DNA from: an uncultured Planctomycetia bacterium
Lineage (GTDB): Bacteria; Omnitrophota; Gorgyraeia; Tantalellales; Tantalellaceae
Direction of reading: 5' to 3'
Length of the DNA stretch: 64,000 nucleotides
Assembly (NCBI GenBank): GCA_964409365.1
Contig: CAYPCX010000012.1
Location: 178-64,177, forward strand
Shown here: in pieces, positions 1 to 9,824 of the stretch
How the letters are laid out: each line of letters opens with the position of its first letter
How positions within the stretch are numbered: position 1 is the stretch's first letter
Program-made: the position numbers and the translations under genes
The notes under the pieces: generated by a model
What the model was told of the DNA's origin: nothing
Database searches by the model: none
The model's input: the letters and a program-made list of their open reading frames with translations, nothing else

Positions 1-129
1 CCTGAGAAAGGGCCTCGGTATGGCAAGCTCTTTCGCCAGATCGTTCACCGAAACGGCTCTCTTACCGGAAGCGGCTATACAGCTTAAGGCCCTGATGGCA
101 TAATCCGTGTCTCTTGTTATCAGTTTCAT
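1..129 (-). CDS. Rrf2-family transcriptional regulator, N-terminal fragment (runs off window start)
   Basis: Minus-strand translation from ATG at 129..127 gives MKLITRDTDYAIRALSCIAASGKRAVSVNDLAKELAIPRPFL, a typical Rrf2/IscR N-terminal wHTH; start overlaps upstream stop (ATGA). Confidence 0.55.
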   Translation of the reverse strand, partial: MKLITRDTDYAIRALSCIAASGKRAVSVNDLAKELAIPRPFLR

Positions 130-533
130 TTCCGCCTCTTGCCGTCGTCCTCGAGTATCTTCACTTTGGACATCTTCAGGCCTTCCTCTTCATCCTCGAC
201 GTAAAAACCCAGGAGAAGCCACTGGCCGGTATCCAGGTCCCTGAAGACGGCCGTGGCGACATAAAAGCCGCCTGACCTGTCTATTTTGTTGTTGAGAATC
301 TGAAATTCCAGTTTCCTCTGTCTTCCCGCGAGAGGGTCGTTTATCCTGAAGAACTTTTCCTTGACCGTCTGATCGTTTATATATTTCATCACCATCTGGT
401 AGACCTGCTGGTCCGTGGTCTCTTTTACAGGTTCCCCTGCCCACCACTGGGCGGCGGCGGCCTGCGCCAGGAACATGGCCGCGACGACTACCGTCAATAT
501 ATACCATGATCTTTTCACGATCCCTCCTGTCAT
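126..533 (-). CDS. secreted hypothetical protein (N-terminal signal peptide)
   Basis: 135 aa ORF; hydrophobic N-terminus ending AQAAAAQ; no recognisable catalytic motif. Confidence 0.45.
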   Translation of the reverse strand: MTGGIVKRSWYILTVVVAAMFLAQAAAAQWWAGEPVKETTDQQVYQMVMKYINDQTVKEKFFRINDPLAGRQRKLEFQILNNKIDRSGGFYVATAVFRDLDTGQWLLLGFYVEDEEEGLKMSKVKILEDDGKRRK

Positions 534-1175
534 TTATTTGAATACTTCACCCGTCTCGGACGACCAGAAAAGAAGATCCAATTCATCCATGGGGATGTTT
601 ATTTTCTTAGAGAACTTCCGCAGTTTATCCTCCAGGGCCAGATAACCTTTCCGGGAAAGACTGCCGGGCGCCTCCTTTATTACGCCGTACCTTACCATGT
701 TCTTCAGTATATGGACGTCAAGTATGGCAAGGCCCTTGCCGAGCCCGATATTCCTCAGGAAATGGCTGGCTTCCTTGAACCCCAGGCCTTTTACGTTGCG
801 CACAAGCCAGAGGCGCGTACCCTGCACATCCCGGGGCTCTATCCGGTCCTTTATCCTTATGGCGCCGCTTTTCGTGAAGAGCTTTCTGGCTCCTACTATA
901 TACCTGGCTTTGTTGTTGTGGAAACGGATAGCCTTGAGCCCCGTATTGATCTCCCGTAAACGGCCTTTGAAAAGAACACCGCTTTTTTCAAGGCCTGATA
1001 TGGCTTTATCGCACTGAATGGCTTTGGATTGGGGGGTACATATGCAAAAACACAGCTCGCTGAAGAGTCTCCTGTCCGGTTCGTCCCAGACTGCCTTAAA
1101 ATCCTTTAGCCTTTCCCTTATCTCGCGTTTCTTCTTCCCGTATTCCGCGGACAGATCAGCTGTCATGATACGCAT
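534..1175 (-). CDS. ogg: N-glycosylase/DNA lyase (8-oxoguanine DNA glycosylase, Ogg2/HhH-GPD type)
   Basis: 213 aa; HhH-GPD motif GLGFKEASHFLRNIG with downstream D; size and layout typical of archaeal-type Ogg. Confidence 0.65.
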   Translation of the reverse strand: MRIMTADLSAEYGKKKREIRERLKDFKAVWDEPDRRLFSELCFCICTPQSKAIQCDKAISGLEKSGVLFKGRLREINTGLKAIRFHNNKARYIVGARKLFTKSGAIRIKDRIEPRDVQGTRLWLVRNVKGLGFKEASHFLRNIGLGKGLAILDVHILKNMVRYGVIKEAPGSLSRKGYLALEDKLRKFSKKINIPMDELDLLFWSSETGEVFK

Positions 1176-1351
1176 TTGATGAGCGTCTTTGCTATCATTA
1201 TATGCAGCTTTTCGTCATTCCTGATGGATGTAAGTACCTTCTTCAGCTCCGCGTCATCCACCTGCTCTATATAATGATCGTAGAAGTTCCTGGCCCTTTC
1301 TTCGAGGGTCAGTATATCCTCGAACTCTTTTCTGAGCACGTCAGTATTCAT
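1163..1351 (-). CDS. small hypothetical protein (ferritin-like ExxH half?)
   Basis: 62 aa ORF with EKLHIMIA (ExxH-like); overlaps ORF 1341..1583 by 11 nt, possibly one split/frameshifted ferritin-like gene. Confidence 0.3.
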   Translation of the reverse strand: MNTDVLRKEFEDILTLEERARNFYDHYIEQVDDAELKKVLTSIRNDEKLHIMIAKTLIKCVS

Positions 1352-1583
1352 TTCTGTCGCTCTTTTCTATCTTTCTTATCAGTTCGTCGACCGTCTCCTT
1401 GTGCCTTGAAGAATCGCGGTAAAGTCTCGTGAGAAGTTTCTGCATCTCTTTCTTCTTTTCTCCATCCAGGCCTTCGGTCTCGCTTACCACGGCCTTGGAG
1501 AAGTTGGCGTAAAGGGTTATCATCCCTTCTTCCACGATTATGAGCTCGTGCAGCCCCGCGAGCAGTCTTTCTTTCGTTATCAT
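1341..1583 (-). CDS. small hypothetical protein
   Basis: 80 aa ORF, helical, immediately downstream of trxB on same strand. Confidence 0.3.
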   Translation of the reverse strand: MITKERLLAGLHELIIVEEGMITLYANFSKAVVSETEGLDGEKKKEMQKLLTRLYRDSSRHKETVDELIRKIEKSDRNEY

Positions 1584-1587
1584 CGTA

Positions 1588-2514
1588 TTATCCCCAGTCT
1601 TTTGTCGACATCCTTGAAATATACTTGAAAGCCCCCAACGCCGCCTTGGCGCCGTCCCCGGCGGCTATGATTATCTGCTTCTCCGGCACATCGGTGACGT
1701 CCCCCGCGGCAAAGATGCCCGGGATACTGGTCTCATTCAGGCAATTGACTTTGAGCTCACCGTGTTCGTTCTTCTCAACTTCCCCCGCAAAATCCGAATT
1801 AGGCTCGAGGCCTATTTCGACAAAAACGCCCTGGACGGGGACCTCTTCTTCTTTTTCTCCCTTTTTCACCCTGACCCCCGTCACGAAAGCATCACCAAGA
1901 ACGGCCGCTATCTCGGAGTCGTTCATCACCGTAACATTATCCGCGGCGACCACCTTCTCACGGATTATGGTATCTCCTCCCAAATCCGGCGTTATGTTCA
2001 CCATGTAGACTTTGTTGGCGATCTTGACCATCTGGAGCGCGGCTTCCAGGGCCGAATTTCCGCCGCCCACCACGACTACATCCTTGCCGGCGAAAAGAGG
2101 CCCGTCACACGTGGCGCAATACGTGACCCCTTTGTTCTTGAACTCTTTCTCGCCGGGAACCTCGAGCTCTTTGGCCCTTTTACCGGAGGCGACGACCACA
2201 GTCCTTGCCTTATAAGCCCCTTTCTCCGTCCCGACAACTATCAGGTTCTTCTGTTTAACGATATTCAGCACCCGTTCGCCGCGTTTCACCGGCACATCGT
2301 ACTGCTTGATATGCTCTTCGAACTTGGAGACCAGATCGGGCCCGGATATGAACTGAAAACCCGTGTAGTTCTCGATATCCGCGGTCCAGCCGGCCTGCCC
2401 GCCCACGTCCCCGGTCAGCACAAGGAAGTCCATGCGCTTACGCGCGGCGTAAACACTGGCCGTTATGCCCGCGGGCCCCGCACCCACAATTATCAAGTCA
2501 TATAATTTGTCCAT
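1588..2514 (-). CDS. trxB: thioredoxin-disulfide reductase
   Basis: 308 aa; FAD GxGxxG (IVGAGPAG), redox CATC (CxxC), NADPH GGGNSA motif. Confidence 0.9.
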   Translation of the reverse strand: MDKLYDLIIVGAGPAGITASVYAARKRMDFLVLTGDVGGQAGWTADIENYTGFQFISGPDLVSKFEEHIKQYDVPVKRGERVLNIVKQKNLIVVGTEKGAYKARTVVVASGKRAKELEVPGEKEFKNKGVTYCATCDGPLFAGKDVVVVGGGNSALEAALQMVKIANKVYMVNITPDLGGDTIIREKVVAADNVTVMNDSEIAAVLGDAFVTGVRVKKGEKEEEVPVQGVFVEIGLEPNSDFAGEVEKNEHGELKVNCLNETSIPGIFAAGDVTDVPEKQIIIAAGDGAKAALGAFKYISRMSTKDWG

Positions 2515-2523
2515 AACCCTAAA

Positions 2524-2561
2524 CTGTCTTCCGTCTTCCGTCTTCTGTCTTCCGTCTTCTG
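2524..2561. repeat. heptanucleotide tandem repeat (CYGTCTT x ~5) in trxB-grx spacer
   Basis: ctgtctt ccgtctt ccgtctt ctgtctt ccgtctt read directly. Confidence 0.85.
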
Positions 2562-2564
2562 TTA

Positions 2565-2801
2565 CTATAGCCCGAGGGCCTGCACGATCCTGTCCTGGTC
2601 GAAACCCACTATTATCTCTCCCTCGATATCCAGGACGGGAACACCCATCTGTCCCGACTTCTCGACCATTTCCTGGACTTTTTCCTGGTCCGCCGAGACG
2701 TCTATATCCTCGAATTCCACGTTGTTCCCCTTCAGGAACTGCTTGACCTTCAAACAGAACGGGCAGGTAGCCGTACTATACACCTTTACATTCTTCATCA
2801 C
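2565..2801 (-). CDS. glutaredoxin / NrdH-like thiol-disulfide protein
   Basis: 78 aa; CPFC active site near N-terminus, thioredoxin-fold spacing. Confidence 0.75.
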   Translation of the reverse strand: MMKNVKVYSTATCPFCLKVKQFLKGNNVEFEDIDVSADQEKVQEMVEKSGQMGVPVLDIEGEIIVGFDQDRIVQALGL

Positions 2802-3276
2802 TGCATTCCTTTCTCAGGTCCAGAAGTCTCTTAAGATGCCCTTTTTCCTCGTTAATAAGCCCCTCGACCAGGGGCCTGTCTTTTTCGGGAACGATCCTCA
2901 ATAACCCTTCGTAAAAAAGGATCGAATCTTTCTCGAACTTGATGCCGAGGTCCATGCCCTCCAGGTAGCCTCTGACATCACGGGCGATCCGGCTTCCTTT
3001 ATCCTTCTGCGTAAAGACATATTGCCGCGCGAGGGCGTTCATATAAGCAAAATACTCATCGGGGTAGGCGCCTTCGGGACTGTGTTCGCATGAAGAAGCG
3101 AATATCTTTTTGAAGATCCCGATGTGCTTTTCTTCTTCCCCGGCGAGATACCTGAAAGCTTCAGCGGCTTTTTTATTCTCGGCGCTCGCGGCAAGCTCTT
3201 TGTAAAAATCCCTGCCGTTCATCTCTATCTGGATCCCGAGCTCGACTATCTCGCATCCCGAATAATCACCGCTCAT
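2776..3276 (-). CDS. rubrerythrin-like ferritin-fold diiron protein
   Basis: 166 aa; two E...ExxH motifs (EEEKHIGIF and NEEKGHLKRL). Confidence 0.55.
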   Translation of the reverse strand: MSGDYSGCEIVELGIQIEMNGRDFYKELAASAENKKAAEAFRYLAGEEEKHIGIFKKIFASSCEHSPEGAYPDEYFAYMNALARQYVFTQKDKGSRIARDVRGYLEGMDLGIKFEKDSILFYEGLLRIVPEKDRPLVEGLINEEKGHLKRLLDLRKECSDEECKGV

Positions 3277-3297
3277 AGAACCTCCGATCCTTTGCGA

Positions 3298-3873
3298 TCA
3301 ATAGTTCTCCGCCATCACTTCATAATAGGCCCGGGGATGGGCGCATGCCGGGCATACTTCCGGGGCCTCCCGCCCCTCGTGCACATACCCGCAATTGCGG
3401 CATCTCCATTTGACGACAGCGTCCTTTTTGAACACTTTTCCTTCCTTGACGTTGGCCAGTAATTTCCGGTATCTTTTTTCGTGCTCTTCCTCTACTTCGG
3501 CTATTTCCCTGAAGACGTCAGCTATCTCGCCGAAACCCTCTTTCCTCGCCGTGCCTTCACAATCCTTGTAAATAGAGGACCATTCGAGTTTTTCGCCGTC
3601 GGCAGCATGCTCCAGGTTCTGGGCCGTGTCGCCTATGACCCCCGCCGGATACGTCGCGGTGATCTCGGCCTCCCCGCCCTCAAGGAATTTGAAGAACTTT
3701 TTCGCGTGTTCTTTTTCATTCTCAGCTGTCTCCAGAAATATGCCCGCTATCTGTTCATAACCGGATTTTTTCGCCACGCTGGCAAAATACGTATAGCGGT
3801 TCCTTGCCTGTGATTCACCCGCAAAAGAGGCAAGCAGGTTCTTTTCCGTCTGTGTGCCTTTGATACTTTTCAT
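3298..3873 (-). CDS. rbr: rubrerythrin (diiron ferritin-like domain plus C-terminal rubredoxin-like domain)
   Basis: 191 aa; ExxH pairs and C-terminal CRNCGY...CPAC. Confidence 0.9.
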   Translation of the reverse strand: MKSIKGTQTEKNLLASFAGESQARNRYTYFASVAKKSGYEQIAGIFLETAENEKEHAKKFFKFLEGGEAEITATYPAGVIGDTAQNLEHAADGEKLEWSSIYKDCEGTARKEGFGEIADVFREIAEVEEEHEKRYRKLLANVKEGKVFKKDAVVKWRCRNCGYVHEGREAPEVCPACAHPRAYYEVMAENY

Positions 3874-3889
3874 TTCCCTCCCTTTCCTT

Positions 3890-3966
3890 GATACTTGATA
3901 CTCGATACTTGATACTCTATACTCGATACTCTATACTCGATACTCGATACTTGATATTCTATACTC
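3890..3966. repeat. heptanucleotide tandem repeat GATACTY x11 between dfx and rbr (overlaps dfx stop)
   Basis: gatactt gatactc gatactt gatactc tatactc gatactc tatactc gatactc gatactt gatattc tatactc. Confidence 0.9.
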
Positions 3967-4336
3967 CCCAAAGCATATGTACATTACAAAATTCCCTTGC
4001 CTCTACGATATCTTTCTTTTCCACACAAAAGTGCGCTTCAGGTTTATCGCCCGGACGCAATTCGGCCCTTAGAACCTTTTCCTTTGTGAGTACCTCGATG
4101 AATTTGATAAAATGCTTTTCTTCCATGGGATGTTCCACACTGCCGACCTTTACCTTGACGCCGCCGGCGTCTTCCTCCACCACAGGAACATGTTTTTCCT
4201 GGCCCTGGTCCTCTGTTTTGGTTTCCAACTTGCCCATGGGCTGACCGCAGCATACGAGCGACGGCGCGCCCTCATGAGCGATTTCCACGACATTCCCGCA
4301 GATCTCACACCTGTAAAGTTCCCTTAACTGTGTCAT
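3959..4336 (-). CDS. dfx: desulfoferrodoxin (2Fe superoxide reductase)
   Basis: 125 aa; N-terminal desulforedoxin Cys motif CEICGNVV...CCGQPM, then SOR domain with H...H...C...H ligands. Confidence 0.85.
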   Translation of the reverse strand: MTQLRELYRCEICGNVVEIAHEGAPSLVCCGQPMGKLETKTEDQGQEKHVPVVEEDAGGVKVKVGSVEHPMEEKHFIKFIEVLTKEKVLRAELRPGDKPEAHFCVEKKDIVEAREFCNVHMLWGV

Positions 4337-4351
4337 GATAAGCCCCCTCTG

Positions 4352-4486
4352 TTAGACCGGCACGAACTGGTCTTTACCCACCCCGCACTCGGGGCAAACC
4401 CAGTCTTCCGCAAGATCCGCGAATTCCACACCGTCATTCTCGGCCGGATCATAGATATAACCGCAAACTTCACATTTGTACTTCAT
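4352..4486 (-). CDS. rubredoxin (not in ORF track, <60 aa)
   Basis: Hand translation: [44 protein letters not shown] (44 aa), canonical CxxCG...CPxCG. Confidence 0.8.
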   Translation of the reverse strand: MKYKCEVCGYIYDPAENDGVEFADLAEDWVCPECGVGKDQFVPV

Positions 4487-4765
4487 GGCCCCTTCCTTTC
4501 TGTGACAGACAATATTTTAGGGCGGTAAGTCTTAATTATATTCCACTTCAAGCGGTGTTTCTATATTAAAGTTGGATTTTATGGGCAGTTTAACGTCATG
4601 CCCGGGACCAGGTACAGCAGCCTTCTTTACAATGCGCCACGGGGCGCAGCATATATCTGACAGTCACTTTCATCTTTCTCCTCCTTGTTTTTAATGAACA
4701 TCGATATGGCTTCAGTTATAATGATACCATTTTAGTATCATTTGTCAAGGAAAAATCATCTTTTT

Positions 4766-4797
4766 TAACCCCCGGGGGTTAACCCCCGGGGGTTAAA
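4766..4797. repeat. palindromic direct repeat ttaacccccgggggttaa x2 downstream of tlpA-like gene (hairpin, possible terminator)
   Basis: Self-complementary CCCCCGGGGG units duplicated; U-tract not ideally placed for minus strand. Confidence 0.5.
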
Positions 4798-4801
4798 CGG
4801 G

Positions 4802-5299
4802 TTAAATAAGGTCTCGGATGGCGTCCTCAAAAAATGCCTTATCGCGGTAACCTGTGGCTTTTTGTGTTATGATCCCCTTGCGGTCGATAATGAACGTGGT
4901 GGGAATGCCTCTGATGCCGCCGTAAGCGGACGTCACGTTCTGGTCCCCTATAAGCACCTTATAGTTTATACCGTTCGCGGCGGCGAAGGATTTCACCGCC
5001 GATACCCCGCCGCGGTCCAGCGCGACGCCTATAACCTGAAGTCCTCTCGAGCCGTATTCATCCTGCAGGGCTACGAAGTGAGGTATCTCCATCCTGCAGG
5101 GCGGGCACCACGTAGCCCAGAAATCCAGTATCACCACTTTCCCCCTGGTGTCAGCAAGACTGTAAGGATCACCGCTTAAGTCCCTGAGGGTAAAGTCCGG
5201 GGCCTTCGACCCCACCTCTCCCGAAGCGGTCTGGGCCTGGCACGATATCAGACTGATAAGAGCGAACGAACACAGAAGAACGAACAGGGTCTTTCTCAT
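4802..5299 (-). CDS. TlpA/ResA-like thiol-disulfide oxidoreductase lipoprotein
   Basis: WATWCPPC thioredoxin motif; signal peptide with lipobox LISC; start chosen at internal ATG (MRKTLFVLL) with cat at 5297..5299. Confidence 0.75.
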   Translation of the reverse strand: MRKTLFVLLCSFALISLISCQAQTASGEVGSKAPDFTLRDLSGDPYSLADTRGKVVILDFWATWCPPCRMEIPHFVALQDEYGSRGLQVIGVALDRGGVSAVKSFAAANGINYKVLIGDQNVTSAYGGIRGIPTTFIIDRKGIITQKATGYRDKAFFEDAIRDLI

Positions 5300-5312
5300 G
5301 ATCTCTCCTTTA

Positions 5313-6041
5313 TTATTTGGCGAATTTATAAAAAGACTGCGGCATGTACTGAAGCAGCACGCCAAGATTATCGGTAAATATGAGCACCCCTACGGCTATA
5401 AGGAAAAGGCCTGCTATGATCTCCCCCCACCTGATGAACTTCCTGTATCTTTCGAAAAACTTCATAAAGACGCCGACAGCGAACCCCGTGACAACAAAAG
5501 GTATACCCAGACCGAGAGAATATACTAAAAGGAGGAGCATCCCTTTGACCACCGTCTCCTGGGTGGCGGCCAGGGCCAGTATCCCGGCCAGGATAGGCCC
5601 GACGCAGGGCGTCCAGCCGAAAGCGAAAGCAAGGCCTATAATAAAAGCGCCAAAATATCCGGGTGAAAAATTCTTGACCTTTAGTTGCTTCTGATAATTC
5701 AGCCACCCTACCCTCAGCACCCCCAGAAGGTGCAGACCCAAGAGGACTATGACCACTCCGGCTATCTTTGTGAAAATGTGTATATGATCGATCAGGAGTT
5801 TCCCGATGAAAGAAGCCGAAGCCCCCAGAGCGACAAAGACCAGCGAGAAACCCAGGACGAAAAAAATGGAAGTGAAGCCCGCTTTCTTGACGGCGCTCTT
5901 AGGGGCGCCCCCCTGCCTAAGCTCTTCCAGCGATATCCCGGAAAGGAATGAAATATATCCGGGAACAAGGGGCAAAATACAGGGAGAAAGAAAAGAAAGT
6001 ACGCCGGCTAGAAACGCGACTCCAAAAGAAACCTGTTCCAT
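5313..6041 (-). CDS. ccdA: cytochrome c-type biogenesis / disulfide-relay membrane protein CcdA (DsbD family)
   Basis: 242 aa polytopic; conserved Cys in TM1 (LSPCILP) and TM4 (WTPCVGP). Confidence 0.85.
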   Translation of the reverse strand: MEQVSFGVAFLAGVLSFLSPCILPLVPGYISFLSGISLEELRQGGAPKSAVKKAGFTSIFFVLGFSLVFVALGASASFIGKLLIDHIHIFTKIAGVVIVLLGLHLLGVLRVGWLNYQKQLKVKNFSPGYFGAFIIGLAFAFGWTPCVGPILAGILALAATQETVVKGMLLLLVYSLGLGIPFVVTGFAVGVFMKFFERYRKFIRWGEIIAGLFLIAVGVLIFTDNLGVLLQYMPQSFYKFAK

Positions 6042-6081
6042 GAGCTAATTATAAGATAATCCGGCGATGTTTGCAAAAAAA

Positions 6082-6120
6082 GATACAAAAAAAGACCGCC
6101 CGGGGATAACCCCGGGCGAT
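6082..6120 (-). terminator. rho-independent terminator after gdhA
   Basis: Hairpin cgcccgggg ataa ccccgggcg followed on minus strand by U-run (plus A-run 6082-6093). Confidence 0.7.
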
Positions 6121-6145
6121 CTTCGCATTCTCCTGGACCAAAAGG

Positions 6146-7534
<1,389 letters not shown>

Positions 7535-7588
7535 CTATTTAAACATATTTCAGGCAAATGTCTACTGCTTTTTGGTCAAAAATCTATA

Positions 7589-7627
7589 TAAAAAAAGGCG
7601 TTCTCCCGTAAGGGGAAGAACGCCTTT
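7589..7627 (-). terminator. rho-independent terminator after Fe-ADH, sited just upstream of gdhA SD
   Basis: Hairpin aggcgttctcccc..ggggaagaacgcct then U-run on minus strand. Confidence 0.7.
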
Positions 7628-7704
7628 GTTCTTTGCCTTATTCGTATGACTTTTGCCCTGTAATTATCTACGATTTCACCGTATCCGTCAAGAAAAAATT
7701 GCGG

Positions 7705-8871
7705 CTACAGGGAGAAAGTAAGGACCTTGAGGATGTCGTCCGGGGTGAGCTGGGGGAAGTGCTCTACGGGACCTCTGTCCCACAGGACACCCTCTTTGAT
7801 GTTCTGGAAATACTTTTCGGAGAGACCGATCTCGCTGAGGGTAGAGGGAAGTCCCAGGGAATCGAAGAAACCCCTGGTTTTATCGATAGCTTCGGCGGCT
7901 GCCGTTTCATCGCCCGCGGCCTCTTCTATCCCCCATACGTTCCTGCCATATACGGCTATTTTCCCGGGACCATATTTTCCAGAGACGACCTTCATGAAAT
8001 TCGGCATAAGTATCGCCAGGCCCGCCCCGTGACTTACATCGGTCAAAGCGCTCACTTCATGCTCGATCGCATGGCACGTCCAATCGGTCACCCTTCCCCT
8101 TCCCACGACACCGCAAAGAGCGAGAGTGGAGGCCCACATGATGTTCGCCCTGGCATTATAGTCGTCGGGGTCCTTACATGCGACAGGTCCGTAATTCACG
8201 CATATTTTGAGCAATCCCTCCGCCAGGCGGTCCTGCACGTCGGTATCCGGGACGGGGCTTAAATAATACTCGAACACGTGCGCCATGATGTCCGATATAC
8301 CGGCCGCGGTGTGATAAGCGTTCACTGAGAACGTATAGACCGGGTCTAGAACCGAAAAGACCGGTCTGATCACGGGAGCGCTCAAAGCAAGCTTCTGCCG
8401 CGTCTCTTCGTTCGTGATCACTGAATTGGGGTTCATTTCGGACCCCGTGGCAGACACCGTGAGGACGCTTCCTACCGGCAAGGCCTCTCTCGGGCCGGCT
8501 TCGGTCACGAAAAAATCCCATACATCACCATCGTATTTGACGCCGGCAGCTATCGCCTTAGCCGCGTCTATGACGCTCCCCCCTCCCACGGCCAGGATAA
8601 AGTCGACATCTTCTTTCCTGCAAAGCTCTATCCCTTCACGCACGCTGCTGACCCTGGGATTCGGCTGCACGCCGGAAAACTCGATATAGCCCACCCCCGC
8701 TTTCTTGACCTGGTCCAACACTTCGTCAAAGATACCGTGCTTCTTGACGCTGCCCCTTCCCGTTACGACCAGGACCTTGTTCGCGCGCTTCTTCAGCTCT
8801 TCTTCAAGCGCCGCTATCTGACCCTTACCGAAATAGATCACAGTGGGATTGTGGAAGGTGAAGTTAAGCAT
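7705..8871 (-). CDS. iron-containing alcohol dehydrogenase (BdhA/YqhD-like)
   Basis: 388 aa; Fe-ADH fingerprints GGGSVIDAAK and His-rich metal site, NAD-binding GRGS. Confidence 0.85.
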   Translation of the reverse strand: MLNFTFHNPTVIYFGKGQIAALEEELKKRANKVLVVTGRGSVKKHGIFDEVLDQVKKAGVGYIEFSGVQPNPRVSSVREGIELCRKEDVDFILAVGGGSVIDAAKAIAAGVKYDGDVWDFFVTEAGPREALPVGSVLTVSATGSEMNPNSVITNEETRQKLALSAPVIRPVFSVLDPVYTFSVNAYHTAAGISDIMAHVFEYYLSPVPDTDVQDRLAEGLLKICVNYGPVACKDPDDYNARANIMWASTLALCGVVGRGRVTDWTCHAIEHEVSALTDVSHGAGLAILMPNFMKVVSGKYGPGKIAVYGRNVWGIEEAAGDETAAAEAIDKTRGFFDSLGLPSTLSEIGLSEKYFQNIKEGVLWDRGPVEHFPQLTPDDILKVLTFSL

Positions 8872-8890
8872 GGGGATTAGGGATCTTTTC

Positions 8891-9289
8891 TTATTCTTTC
8901 TTTTTGGCTTCGGCTTTTTTCCTGCGGATGGCTTCGATCTTCGGGGCTAAAAAGTCGTCCAGGAACTCCATCCTGAAGGGTTTCGGTATAAAGCCGTCGG
9001 CCCCCAGATGTTTGGCTTTCGTTATGTACTCTTCGCTGTCGTAACCGCTGAACATAAGGACCGTGGTCTCCGGCTTTTCCTTCTTTATCCTCTCCAGAAG
9101 AGGAAAACTTGTTTCGCTTTTCAGGGCTATATCGAGGATGACTATGTCGTATCCCGGGTCGTACTTTTCCATGCCATGCGGAAGGTCATAGGCGACGTCT
9201 ACCTTGAAACCTTTCTTTTCGAAAAAACGTACTACTATATCAGCGATCATCTTCTCATCTTCTACCAGAAGTATCTTTTCCATTGCCAC
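8891..9289 (-). CDS. single-domain response regulator (CheY-like receiver)
   Basis: 132 aa; LLVEDE acidic pocket, phospho-acceptor D in VILD, conserved K in IPKPF. Confidence 0.75.
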   Translation of the reverse strand: MAMEKILLVEDEKMIADIVVRFFEKKGFKVDVAYDLPHGMEKYDPGYDIVILDIALKSETSFPLLERIKKEKPETTVLMFSGYDSEEYITKAKHLGADGFIPKPFRMEFLDDFLAPKIEAIRRKKAEAKKKE

Positions 9290-9310
9290 TCCCCCTTTGA
9301 TACCTGAGAT

Positions 9311-9721
9311 CTACTTAACCAGATACTGCGATAGCGCCCTCGTGGTCTTAGGCCCGACCACGCCGTCCACCTTCAATCCGTGATCAGCCTGGAATTCCTT
9401 TATGGCTTTCTTGGACTGCGGGCCGATCTTACCGTCTATCTTTCCGCCGTAATATCCCGCGCTCCTTAAAGCTCTTTGAATATCTTTTTTGGACAGGGAC
9501 CTTACGGACGGAATGGTCTTTCTGCTTACCTCTTCGACCTCGACGGTCGAGACATAGCTGACGTCTTCCTTCTGCTGCAGGTCATTTTCTACGATCCCCT
9601 GCCGCCTTTCAAGGACATCCACACGGTCATCAAGATCATTGACTTTCCTTCTAAGCTCCTTGGTAGCGCAACCCGAAAGCAGTACGGCAAGACAAAGAAC
9701 GGACACTAATACCCTTTTCAT
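9311..9721 (-). CDS. lipoprotein with C-terminal peptidoglycan-binding (PG_binding_1-like) domain
   Basis: Lipobox LLSGC; coiled-coil middle; C-terminal ...YGGKIDGKIGPQSKKAIKEFQADHGLKVDGVVGPKT. Confidence 0.6.
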   Translation of the reverse strand: MKRVLVSVLCLAVLLSGCATKELRRKVNDLDDRVDVLERRQGIVENDLQQKEDVSYVSTVEVEEVSRKTIPSVRSLSKKDIQRALRSAGYYGGKIDGKIGPQSKKAIKEFQADHGLKVDGVVGPKTTRALSQYLVK

Positions 9722-9800
9722 GCTTCCTCCCGTAAATAGGTATTGAATGAAATGTCATTTTAAGCGGTTTTATATAATAATACGCTATGGTTTGCGATAT

Positions 9801-9821
9801 GGCAAGGGCAAAGGCGCAAGG
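9801..9821. repeat. heptanucleotide tandem repeat (GGCAAGG-like x3)
   Basis: ggcaagg gcaaagg cgcaagg immediately after PEP-synthase-like stop. Confidence 0.6.
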
Positions 9822-9824
9822 AGC

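Noticed and set aside
1762-2505. Long plus-strand ORFs antisense to minus-strand genes (e.g. 1762..2505, 7633..8262, 20713..21321, 28277..28987, 30605..31447, 44119..45585, 51185..52375, 57135..58220)
   Set aside because: Each lies entirely inside a well-supported minus-strand gene with recognisable motifs; they are typical GC-rich antisense open frames with no motifs or SD
3888-4244. Plus-strand ORF 3888..4244 (MILDTRYLILYTRYSILDTRY...)
   Set aside because: Its repetitive N-terminus is just the GATACTY heptamer array translated; the rest is antisense to dfx
4766-4797. Possible CRISPR or longer direct repeats at the ccccc/ggggg palindromes and other repeats
   Set aside because: Only two units, no spacers; no array of 24-48 bp repeats with unique spacers was seen anywhere in the window
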